A DNA stretch of 60,680 bases, the filler included, from Hausera hauseri (Eukaryota), in assembly GCA_046269625.1 (NCBI GenBank). It is 12 parts of 12 records of this genome, joined end to end, with 100 filler letters (N's around TTAATTAATTAA, not from the genome) between each part and the next. Parts side by side here need not be neighbours in the genome. Positions count along the whole stretch, not along the records: positions 49,796 to 55,811 come from JBJURY010152866.1; positions 55,912 to 60,680 come from JBJURY010442357.1; 10 more parts are not named here. One strand, given 5' to 3'. Positions 49,796 to 60,680 of the stretch are shown here, one piece after another. The notes under the pieces were generated by a model, which was given only the letters and a program-made list of their open reading frames with translations, was not told where the DNA came from and did not search any database. Made by a program: the position numbers and the translations under genes. How positions within the stretch are numbered: the stretch's first letter is position 1; every line of letters begins with the position of its first letter.

Positions 49796-52700
49796 AACTC
49801 ACCGCAATGAGTTGAGTCGAAAAAAATTTTGGACTGACCCAGTTCCGCACACCTGCATATTCAAACTCACCGCAATGAGTTGAGTCGAAAAAAATTTTGA
49901 ACTGACCCAGTTCCTCACACCTGCATATTCCAGATCACCGCAATGAGTTGAGTCGAAAAAAATTTTGGACCGACGCTGTTCCGAACACCTGCATATTCCA
50001 AATCTCCGCAATAAGTTGAGTCTAAAAAATTTGTATCTACCCAATTCCGAACCCCAGTATATTCCAACTCACCGCAATAAATTGAGTCGAAAATAATTTG
50101 GACTGACCCAGTTCCGAACACCTGCATATTCAAACTCACCGCAATGAGTTGAGTCGAAAGAAATTTTGGACTGACCCAGTTCCGCACACCTGCATATTCA
50201 AACTCACCGCAATGAGTTGAGTCGAAAAAAATTTTGGACTGACCCAGTTCCGCACACCTGCATATTCAAACTCACCGGAATATGTTAATTTGAAAAAAAT
50301 TTTGGACTGAAGCAGTTCCGGCCACCTGTACATTCCAACTCACTACAATTAGTTGAGTCGAAAAATATTTGGACTGACACAATTCCGGACACCTGCATAT
50401 TCCAACTTACGGCGATGAGTTGAGTCAAAAAAATATTTTGTTGTGACCTAGTTCCGGACACCTGCATAATCGGACTCACCGCAATCACTTGATTCAAAAA
50501 AAGTTTTGGACTGACCCAGTTCCGGATACCTGCATTTTCCAACTCACCGCAATGAGTTGGGTCGAAAATAATTTTGGACTCCCCCATTTCCGGATACCTG
50601 CACATTCCATGTCACCGAAAAGCGTTAAGTCTAAAAAAATTTTGTACTGTCCCAGTTTCGGACAGCTGCATATTCAAACTCACGGCAATGTGTTGAGTCG
50701 AAAAAAATGTCGGAATGACACAATTCAGAGATCCTGTACATTCCAACGCACCGCATGAGTTGAGTCGAAAAAAATTTTGGACTGACAGTTCTGAACACCT
50801 GCATATTCCAGCGCACCGCAATCCGTTGAGTCGAAAAAAATTTTGGGCTGATTCAGTTCCGAACACTTGCATATTCCAGCTCACCGCAATCCGTTGAGTC
50901 GAAAAAAATTTTCGATTGACCCAGTTCCGAATACCTGCATATTCGTACCCACCGCAGTCAGTTGAGTCTCAAAATAAATTTATCTGACCCACTTCCAAAA
51001 ACCTGCATATTTCAACTGACCGCAATGAGTTGAGCCTCGGAAAAATTTTTGACTAATCCAATTCAGGACACCTGCACATTCCAACCCACCGCAATAAGTT
51101 CAGTCGAAAAAAATTTTGCACTGACACAGTTTCGGATACCTGCACATTCCAGTTCACCGCTATGAGTTAAGTTAAAAAAAATTTAGGACTTACCCAGTTC
51201 CGGACACCTCCATATTCGAACTCACCGCAATGAGTTGAGTCTCAAAATAGTTTTTATCTGACCCAGTTCCGGATACTTGAATATTCCAACTCACGGCGAT
51301 GAGTTGAGTCGAGAAACAATTTGGTCTGACCCAGTTCCGGACACCTGCATATTCAAACTCACCGCAATGAGTTGAGTCGAAAACAATTTGGTACGGACCC
51401 AGTTCCGGACACCTGCATAATCGAACTCACTGCAATCAGTTAAGTAGAAAAAATTTTGGACTGACCTAGATCCGGATACCTGCATTTTCCAACTCACTGC
51501 AATCAGTTGATTCGAAGAAAATTTTGGACTGACACAGTTCGGGACACCTGCATATTTGATCTCACCGCAATGAGTTGAGTCTCAAAAGAGTTTTTGTCTT
51601 ATCCAGTTCCGAACTGCTGCATATTCGTACTCACCGCAATGAGTTGAGTCGAAAAAATTATTGGACTGACACAGTTCCGAACACCTGCATATTCCAGCGC
51701 TCCGAAATTCGTTGAGTCGAAAAAAATTTTCGTTTGACCCAGTTCCGAATACCTGCATATTCGTACCCACCGCAGTCAGTTGAGTCTCAAAATAGATTTA
51801 TCTGACCCAGTTCCGAAAACCTGCATATTCCAACCCACCGCAATGAGTTGAGTCGAAAAAAATTTTGCACTGACACAGTTCCGTACACCTGCATATTCCA
51901 GCGCACCGAAATCCGTTGAGTCGAAAAGGATTTTCGATTGGCCAGTTCCGAATACCTGCATATTCGTACCCACCGTAGTCAGTTGAGTCTCAAAATAGAT
52001 TTATCTGATCCAGTTCCGAACACCTGCATATTTCAACTGACCGCAATGAGTTGAGCCTCAGAAAAATTTTTGACTAATCCAATTCAGGACACCTGCACAT
52101 TCCAACCCACCGCAATAAGTTGAGTCGAAAAAAATTTTGGACTGACCCAGTTTCGGACACCCGCATATTCGTATTCACCGCAGTGAGTTGTGTCGAAAAA
52201 ATTTTTTTACTGACCCTGTTCCGGACCCTTGCATATTCCAACTCACCGCCATTACTTCAGTCGAAAAAAATTTTGGGCTGACCCAGTTCCGGACACCTCC
52301 ATAGTCGAACTCAGCGCAATGAGTTGAGTCTCAAAATAGTTTTTATCTGACCCAGTTCATAATTTCTGCATATTCTTACTCACCGCAATAAGTTGAGTCT
52401 CAAAATAGTTTTTATCTGACCCAGTTCCGGACACTTGAATATTCCAACTCACGGCGATGAGTTGAGTCGAAAAAAATTTTGGTCTGACCTAGTTCCGGAC
52501 ACTTGCACATTCCAACTTACCGCAATGAGTTGAGTCGAAAATTTTTGTACGGACCCAGTTCCGGACACCTGCATTTTCCAACTCACCGCATTCAGTAGAG
52601 TCGAAAAAAATTTTAGACTGACCCAGTTCGGGACACCTGCATATTTGATCTCACCGTAATGAGTTGAGTCTCAAAATAGTTTTTGTTTTATCCGGTTCCG

Positions 52701-53240
52701 AACTGCTGCATATTCGTACTCACCGCAATGAGGTGAGTCAAAACAAATTTTGGACTGACCCAGTTCCGTACACCTGCATATTACATCTCACCGCAATGAG
52801 TTGAGTCAAAAAAATTTTGACTGACCCAGTTCCGTACACCTGCATATTCGAACTCACCGCAATCACTTGAGTCGAAAGAAATTTGGGCCTGACCCAGTTC
52901 CGGACACGTGCACATTCCAACTCACATCAATGAGTTGAATCTGAAAATATTTTGGACTGACCCAGTTCCTGTTACCTGCATATTCCAACTCACCGCAGTG
53001 AGTTGAGTCTAAAAAAATTTTGGTCTGACCCTGTTCCGAACATCTGAAAATTCGTACTCTCCTTAATGAGTTGAGTCGAAAAAAATTTTGACTTACCCAG
53101 TTTTTTACACCTGCATATTCGAACTCACCGCAATGGTTTGAATCTCAAAAAATTTTTTCACTAACCCAGTTCCGGACACCTGCATATATCATACTCACAG
53201 CAATGAGTTAAGTCGAAAATAATTTTGAACTTACACAGTT
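49796..53240. repeat. Tandem satellite, 68-bp unit, about 50 copies
   Basis: Unit AACTCACCGCAATGAGTTGAGTCGAAAAAAATTTTGGACTGACCCAGTTCCGCACACCTGCATATTCA (49796-49863), head-to-tail, with diverged copies. Confidence 0.97.
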
Positions 53241-53329
53241 GCAGGTTCATCCACAGTAATATGGGTGTTTTCTTAAGCATAATGAGCAGTTATATGAGCA
53301 GTATAATGAGCAGTTATATATTGTTTGGA

Positions 53330-55811
53330 TTTGTCAATCTTTTTCGTAGGGATGATTGGGAAGTATCATAGTTTCTTTGGAAATTATTACTGCTTTATTA
53401 CTAACTTTTAGTCTGGCTTCTCCTTGATTGGTAATTATAGCACATGGTGGATCGTTCCTTTTAATAGGATATCGGTATTTTTAAGTATGCTTTATCGATG
53501 CCTTCCATACAAATCAATCCTTGGGTGGCAATATCTTCAAACTCTATTCGGCTGGACTTTCTGTTAATGAATATTTTATCTTAGTTTTGAACTGCATCTA
53601 TGTCCAGACGCTGTAATTTTACCTCCGGAATTAGGGTGGTGTTACATTTTGTTTTTCGTTGGGGATGTCACTCGTCCTTATAAAGAGTCTGCTTGGACGG
53701 TTAAGTTTAATTTTGTATTCTTGTCACAGATTGGTTAATCGTTGGGATAATGTACTTTCTCTTTTCCATTGATCACTTGGTAAATAAAAATTTTGATCTA
53801 CATTAATCGTACCGAAGATGCCTGTTTCATTTAACTGTATTTTCTTAAATAAACACAGTAATTCAATTCCTACAATACGTTTTCCACAGAGTAACTATCT
53901 GAGGCTTTTAGCGCATTTCTCTTTTTCGAGATATAAATTTTTTAACTCAACTATCAAATCACCTTCGATGTTCTCCATTCTTATTCGATTGATTTCCGGT
54001 TCCTGCTCGTCTTCAATAGTTCTTTTACTGCTACGAAAGTTAAGAGTAAGTTTTTGATTTCCTTTCTTTTTGACAATAACATATACAGAAGCGTATTATT
54101 TTCGATATTTGGTACTTTTCATTCTGCTTGATCCAAATATTTTCTCATTATTAAGGGTTTTTCTAAAATAAACATGTTGGATAATGGTTTGCATGTAATT
54201 TTTTCGTGTTCTATTACTGGTTTGGCCATTAATAGTCCCTTAAAGCTAATTTAGCTTGTTCGTTGAAAGTTACTGAGCGATGGGTTGAAACATTCCTTCC
54301 GTCGCTATTACTTTTTTTATTGTCTGACGAGCTTTCTCTTTCTTTTGTGGAATTATTATATGTTGGTATTGCTAAATCAATTTTTCTGTCATTTGGATAC
54401 TTAAGATGTTCCAGAGTCATATTTTTATCATACCTAGATGGGGAAGTATTTCCATTTGATAATAACTTATTTCGTCTTAAGCTATAGTCCAGTGATCGAA
54501 CATATCTGTCGTTATCGTAACTTAGACTGGGAGAAGGGATTAGATTTCGGTCTCTTTGAGCATACAGACTGGGTTTCCTATTATATCTATTCGATTCTAG
54601 TCCATGTGTGGTATAGTAATGTATTCTGTCATAATTCCCAAATCTCGAATCGTTATACCTATTTCTATTATCATTTCCTGAATTACATCTCACTCTACTA
54701 TCACTTCGTCGGTTATCTCTTTCTCTGCTATCATTTCTGTTGAAATTCTCGGCTAAAATCCCTTCTAAGCTTGTCGGGGCTTTCGTTTCGCCTATTGTTG
54801 CGACAGTTGATTCTTAGTCCTTCTGACCGATTAGTTGGATATCGTGTTCGGCTATCATCTCGTCTATAATATGGGTTTACTTAATCATTTTTATTATCAT
54901 AACGATTGGAATATCTATCATTACTGTACCTTTCTCTACTAGGAAATTAGTTTCTGTTGTCATTTCTATCTCTCGAGTAATCTCGTGGTTTATCGTATCT
55001 GGTATCATTCCGCTGTCGATCATCTTAATATATTCTATTTCTTTGATATGAGGTATCTTTTGGATTATTGTTGTAGTCTCTGGATGATTGGTTATAATTC
55101 TCTTTTTCTGAAGCATTACCTGTCTGTGGTATATCACTGTCTTGTCAATTATGGCTTTGGATTCTCGAAGGATCTCTCCTAGTTGAATTAGTACGATTTG
55201 CTACATCTGGTCGTACTAGCAATGGCGTCGTAGCTATTGCTGCGATTTGTGTTTGATTAGTCCAGATAGGAGTTTTGTCTATCCGAGTTGCCATTCGTCG
55301 GGTATATTCTATCAGCTTGTTAAAATTATTTGCTGTGTGAAATTTGACTCCTTCTCGTAAAGGCGGTAAAAGTCCAAGTACAAATGGCTTCATGATCATA
55401 GCCCAAAAAGCTTGTGCGTTCAGACCGAAATATCTATCCATTGCGGTTTTGAACCTATTGATATATGTTAAGGCTTCTTCATTCTGTTTCTGTTTACAGT
55501 TTTAAAATCTTAAATGTCGGTTTTCTTTTATATTAATCTGCTGATTTTGTAAAATTCTTTCTCGATGTTGTGCCCAATTTTTGTCGACACGTATAGGTAA
55601 GCGTGTTATAGCCATTCTTAAGTCATTATTCATATGGACTGGTAAAAGGGATATTTTCTCTGCGTCATCCCAATGCATGGCGGTCGCCAACGAATCATAT
55701 TCGTCTAAAAAATCCTATAAATCGGATACCCGTCCTTCATATAGTTGAAGGCGAAAGAGCATTTGATGTTTGTGTCGTCTCCTTCTTTCATTAATTTTTG
55801 GTAGGTCATAA
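53330..55811 (-). pseudogene. Ty3/gypsy gag (capsid + R/D/N/Y-rich region) followed by an unidentified decayed coding region
   Basis: YEG..SDL.DFLDEYDSLATAMHWDDAEKISLLP...F.NCKQKQNEEALTYINRF...FVLGLLPPLREGV, a retrotransposon capsid pattern, then a long low-complexity tract. Confidence 0.7.
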
Positions 55812-55911
55812 NNNNNNNNNNNNNNNNNNNNNNNNNNNNNNNNNNNNNNNNNNNNTTAATTAATTAANNNNNNNNNNNNNNNNNNNNNNNNNNNNNNNNN
55901 NNNNNNNNNNN

Positions 55912-56586
55912 TAGTTTCTTAATTTTAATAAAATTGCAGTTCCTTCCCTAGGGAGGTTCCCATATTATAACCGAGCTTCTAAAAGTATAGGTTGCATCTT
56001 GTAAATGACATTTTTGATTCTCAGTATACAATTTAGTGACACTATGAAACATTAACTTTTGTGATCTCATTTCTGATTTGTAGAAGTCTACAACCACTAC
56101 ATTTGCTTCCAACCCTTTTCCAGTGTCGTATTCTGCTCAATTACAATGTCCGCTATGCATATCCAACCTTCTAGCCACTATTTTGTATGCCCTGATTATT
56201 TTACCTGGCTGCATCTTTAATTGCATATTATCCCACTGTATTCTTCCAGTTTCTCTAGCTTGCTTGCAGTGTTGGCGTTCTAAGTTCATTGGAATTAATG
56301 GAGTCGTTGGCTTGATTATGGATGAGTGTTAATGAACTAATCCACAGTGAAAAATGCTACGTGATCGTCTCAGCATACATTCCATTCCATCTAGTGATAT
56401 CAATTCTTGCTGCTGATACAGGAAGTAATTTTTCTCTTTTGTTTCTAACTTGTGTGATCTGGCATCTTCACATATTTCTAGATCCATTAGGGAATATCTC
56501 TGTCCCAGTTTGAATTTATCGCAGTCGTAGACAGTTACAGCGCCTATATGCTTAATTAGCATCATCAAGGTGAGTAGATTAATTAG
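55912..56586 (-). pseudogene. Chuvirus-like fusion glycoprotein N-terminal part, copy C
   Basis: LINLLTLMMLIKHIGA-VTVYDCDKFKLGQRYSLMDLEICED...LYQQQ...ECMLRRSRSIFHCGLVH; colinear with 7994-8680. Confidence 0.78.
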
Positions 56587-59500
56587 TCAATTTGATTCAT
56601 TCTTTCGGCATTCAACGTCGTTTGTTGTTAAATTTCGTAACATATCGTCGAGTCTATTACCGTTTCGTCTATCTTCTTCACTGTCAAATAATCTTGACCA
56701 ATTTACTTCGTAAGGCAATCTTTTTGCTGCTTTTCGTGCTAAACTTACCGCTCTATTGATTTTATTCTCTCGATTAGGGTTTATTTTGACAGCTAAGTAT
56801 AATGGTATTTTTCTTAATTCCTCGTAAGTGTTTTCTATCATGAGCTTTTCGATTACAGCTTCTTCGATTAAATTACTCTTCAATAGTTTAAAACGTGAGC
56901 TTCTCATCGTTCTAGCTGCATTAAATATTATCTTTTCTTTCTTGTCTAATATATCACCTTAAAGGCTTAAATAATTTACAATTTGTATTAAATTTTTCAT
57001 TAATTCGCCTAATTCTTCATTGTTGGTACTAAGGGTCGGAATTGACATCTGTCTCAGTTCCTTAATTAGTTCTCCATTGTAATCTACTTTTTCTCGCGTC
57101 TTCCTAAGCCTACCGACTGGACGTTTCGGCCTTTGTCCTTTCGTTGTTATTTCACTCAGTGGTACTAAATTTATGTCATATTGTTCCTTATCTTCATCTG
57201 TTTACAAATATTCGAAATACAAGGCAGCGTCTCCGACTGCCATAATTTGTCCTACGCATTGTTCTGTTTTAGCTTTGAGTGTGGCTTCTTCTTTAGTCTG
57301 TTCGTTAGCTACTGTTGCTACTACTCCGTTTATTTCGCCGGGAATGATTTCGACCTCTATTAATTGCTCTAGGTCATCAAGCATTTTACCCCTAAAATAG
57401 AATCTCTAATTTAGTTCGTTTGTTCCACCGTTATTTAATAACCATTCTCTCACGTCCCTTACATATGAATGCGTGGTTAACCCACATTCTTTTTCGTTCA
57501 TCCACTCTAATAATATTAATACCTTCATTATTTCTCCGGTTTATCCCTTAAAATTTTAGCGAATTTTTTTATCAAAAGTTTCGGCACCGTTCTGTAAATC
57601 GTATTTTCACTAGACAATTTAGTCAAAGTTGGAACATGTTGTCTTAACTTATTTTCAGTAATATTTACGTTAATTAGTTTAATTAAATCTTTTGCAGTTA
57701 GCGCTGAATCCAGGAGCATCTCCACATCTAATCTCCTGTTTTGTGGGCATGCTTCTACCATTTATTTGTACTGGAGTCATGAGTTTTTCGGCCAGTATTG
57801 CGTCGAAATATGCGTCCCACTCCGGCTCATTTCCGACATGTGGAAGTCCAGAGCCTACCAAGGCTACACTCGTTCTTTGCACATTATCTCGAATTTCTTT
57901 CAACCTGGGCTGTATTTCCGTCATCTGCGTACTCCGGAAACCTACTCCATTCTTACAGGCATACTGAATCATTTTCAGTAATTCACCGAATTCGTTGGAA
58001 TCAACGAGGCCTTTTTGGTTTTAATCCGTTAATTCAATAATTACATTCTTTTGCCATCTTTGTACGAATTCTCGCTTATTTTTGATTTCTGATTCTGTAA
58101 AAGCATATTTGTTTCGGTAGCTTCCGAGTTCTTTTGCTAATTCATCTAGTCTCGTCGCTCTTTGTTTTGTTTTGATGCATGTTTCAATTCGGTGTGGAAA
58201 TTCTGATCTGATCCGGCCACCCATTCTTGCGGTTTGTGCAAAAATCTTATCACGTCTATTATCGTAGCTCGGTGTTCCGGACAGATGTCTAGGGTCTCGA
58301 TATCTTGGACCGAGATCTCATCGATAAGTTTATCTATTAGATGTTGACCTCCTTCTAGTCAGACATTTCTCAATTTTGGATAGAAATTGTATGTCATATT
58401 CCGTTTCTCCGTAAAATTCGTCTCTTTGACCATCTTATAAATTTCTTCCAATAACGTTGCTTCTTGCTTCTTTTTCTTGAATTTAAGTCTTCGTAGTGCT
58501 TCAAACCTCGTTCGGATATCTATTTCTGTTAATACCGTATCCAAATTACGTGCACTCTCTTCTAACTGTTTCTTCACAGAGGGCTCGCTTCCTGGAAATT
58601 CTTTTTTTTGGTCTTCCACTATTTTGCATAATCTCATTACTAATTCAGACCATTCCGACAACTGATGGGCGATTATTGGCTTTGCCATTATAGCCTTATC
58701 TAACATTTTGTATGCGTCTTTTAATTCATCATCTGGTTCTTTTATAAAGCTAATAATCCGGCTAACATAACTAAATTCGTCTTTATATTCGTCAAATTTC
58801 AGGATGCATGCTTTTACTACGTATTTAGTTTCTTCATTGTTTGGAGACATAATCCGATTTCTCAGACTATAAATCTGAGTTCGTTTTTTATTTTCTATTT
58901 TGACCAGATTTTCCAAATTCGTATATTGTTTGGGCACAGCAAATGCGATTTTTATCATTTCCATTAAAGGAGGCATATCTATTGGGTCTATACCCAATAT
59001 TTCTAAGTCTACATTACTTTGACTATTAACCGATTTTTTTCTGAGTCAATTGACCATCGTGCAACGAATTTCATTCATCATACGTTCTAAATTTCGAACT
59101 ACTCTCTTTAGTTTTGGATTCGCTTCTAGGCTAGCCAAAAGTGTTTTAGTCTTAGTGACTTTTATATCCACTCTATCTTCGTTTTTGTTCCATCCTTCTG
59201 AAAATTCTACTCCGCTTTTAATTCATGCTTCTAATTTATGCTTCCATTTTGACAATGTTTCATGTGATATCTCTTCAGGTTGCCCTAAGTCAATTGCTTC
59301 GGCGAGCTTTCCTTCATTGCATAGTTTTAAGCTTTTATAAAGTCTCTCAGCAAACTGCTGTTCTTTTCCGGATATATCCACTTGTTCTCTAATCTGCTTG
59401 AGCCTCTCTAAATTTCGCTGTAGTACTTCTGGTTTGAGGCACCTAATTCTCATTTTCTTTAGTTCATCGGCGTTCTTCCATGAACGTCTTACTTTCCATT

Positions 59501-59830
59501 TTTTGGGTCACAATCGTCAGTATTTTCCATTTCTTTCTCATTAATGGGAAGCGGACAAATCTCGTTATTCTCGTTCGTTGATCCTATAGACTCTGCGGTT
59601 TCGACAGGCGTGAGTGACCCGATTTCTGATGTATTTACATTATGTCCTATGCCGTCTTCTATAACGATGTTCGGACTTTCTGTTTCTTCAATTCTCTGTC
59701 TAGTTACTTGAGAACGTGAACGACTCATACGTTTCGTCTTAAATGAAGGGCTACGACCTCTATTTTTTGTAATTTTAAGTATTAATGGCTCCATAAATTC
59801 CCTTTCTGCTGTATCGTCCTTAATAAACTT
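56587..59830 (-). pseudogene. Large accessory protein (ORF X), copy C
   Basis: Series of ORF pieces colinear with copy A from CPLPI to RKNESN; ~190-bp internal deletion near 58190. Confidence 0.8.
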
Positions 59831-60680
59831 ATCTACTTCTCAACCGTGAACTCAGGCGCTGCGTCTAAGTCGACTTCCGTTGAGGAGCCTGGTTTATCCA
59901 ATGGTTTATTACTTGTTGGAACACCCTTTTTTCCGTGTCATGTCGCTTCGTTTGGTGCTATCACTTGCTCATAGTAGTTTCTGGTTTCACTAATCCATGA
60001 AATACTTCTAGTAGCCTTAGTTTATTTCCGTACTTTTTTTTAGCCATCAAAATTTGTGGATTACTGGATTCAGGCTGAGTGTCTAAAAACTTCCGTAAAT
60101 CTTGTATATCGATGATAGTGCCTGTATCCCCTCGAACGCCATACTTCGCTTCTAAATTTTCGTCAGTTCTGATCATACTAGTCTTATTTGGCTTAGTAAA
60201 TAAAACGCTACGTGGGTTTGAACATGATCTCGAAATATTTCCTTCTTTACCACAAGTAAAACAGACTAGATTCCCATTTCTACCGACTTTTGTCGACCGT
60301 CTTTGTTCACTCGTGACTTGGATCTGTTCATACTTTTATTATATTGGTTTGACGAACTTTAGGCATTATCTACATTTCGTCGATTACCCATATTTCGATT
60401 ATCGCCATTTTGATATGAGTAATTCGAGCATTTACCATTTTTTTCTATTCCTATCCCAGTTCAAATCTGATCTATTTGTATTAGTATAATTGTTACCTCC
60501 GCCATTCTTGTAACTGCTATTTCGATTCCCATAATTTTTGTTATCCGTAAATCGTCTGTCATCTCTTCCACGATTGTCGTACCGATTTTTACCGTTACGG
60601 TCGTTTCGATCGTTATTCCTATCATTTCTATCGTTATGTCTGGCGTATCTATCGAGTGCCATTTCTAAATCTTGGGCTAA
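59831..60680 (-). pseudogene. Gag C-terminal region (R/D/N-rich tract + zinc knuckle), copy C
   Basis: RNDRNDRNNDRNDRN tract; CFTCGKEGNISRSC at 60222-60263 (CCHC knuckle with H>N, a one-base change). Confidence 0.72.

Noticed and set aside
49796-53240. CRISPR array (regular palindromic repeat)
   Set aside because: The whole 68-bp unit repeats with no unique spacers, no cas genes are present, and the context is eukaryotic. The ORFs listed here are by-products of the repeat.
53280-53320. Three short ATGAGCAGT(T)AT repeats at the satellite edge
   Set aside because: Likely local slippage; no evidence of function.

Overview
This is not one locus. It is 12 short, AT-rich eukaryotic (invertebrate, plausibly flatworm) contigs joined by artificial 100-bp linkers (N44-TTAATTAATTAA-N44), and most are transposon-derived. 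Contents: (1) an apparently intact Ty1/copia element assembled as a one-LTR circle, with a PBS matching the anticodon arm of elongator tRNA-Met; (2) four decayed CsRn1/Kabuki-like Ty3/gypsy copies and one other gypsy element with 3-4 CCHC knuckles; (3) a 7-exon ZNF862-like hAT transposase gene; (4) a C2H2 zinc-finger gene with a repeated ~110-aa module and five in-frame stops; (5) a same-strand mosaic of host gene fragments (spectrin repeat, ADAM10-like, amine oxidase); (6) a 68-bp satellite. The main discovery candidate is spread over three contigs (4755-8752 +, 8853-13327 -, 55912-60680 -). They are three diverged copies of one Ty3/gypsy-type element with the composite order gag(CCHC) - ~1000-aa helical accessory protein carrying a ubiquitin-like domain - chuvirus-like class III fusion glycoprotein - PR-RT-RNaseH. 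The envelope gene therefore lies upstream of pol. Two independently decayed copies share an in-frame UGA (UGA-CUA and UGA-UUA) at the accessory/glycoprotein junction, suggesting a giant polyprotein controlled by stop-codon readthrough. No single contig shows the whole element. All family assignments come from motif recognition by eye; no searches were run.
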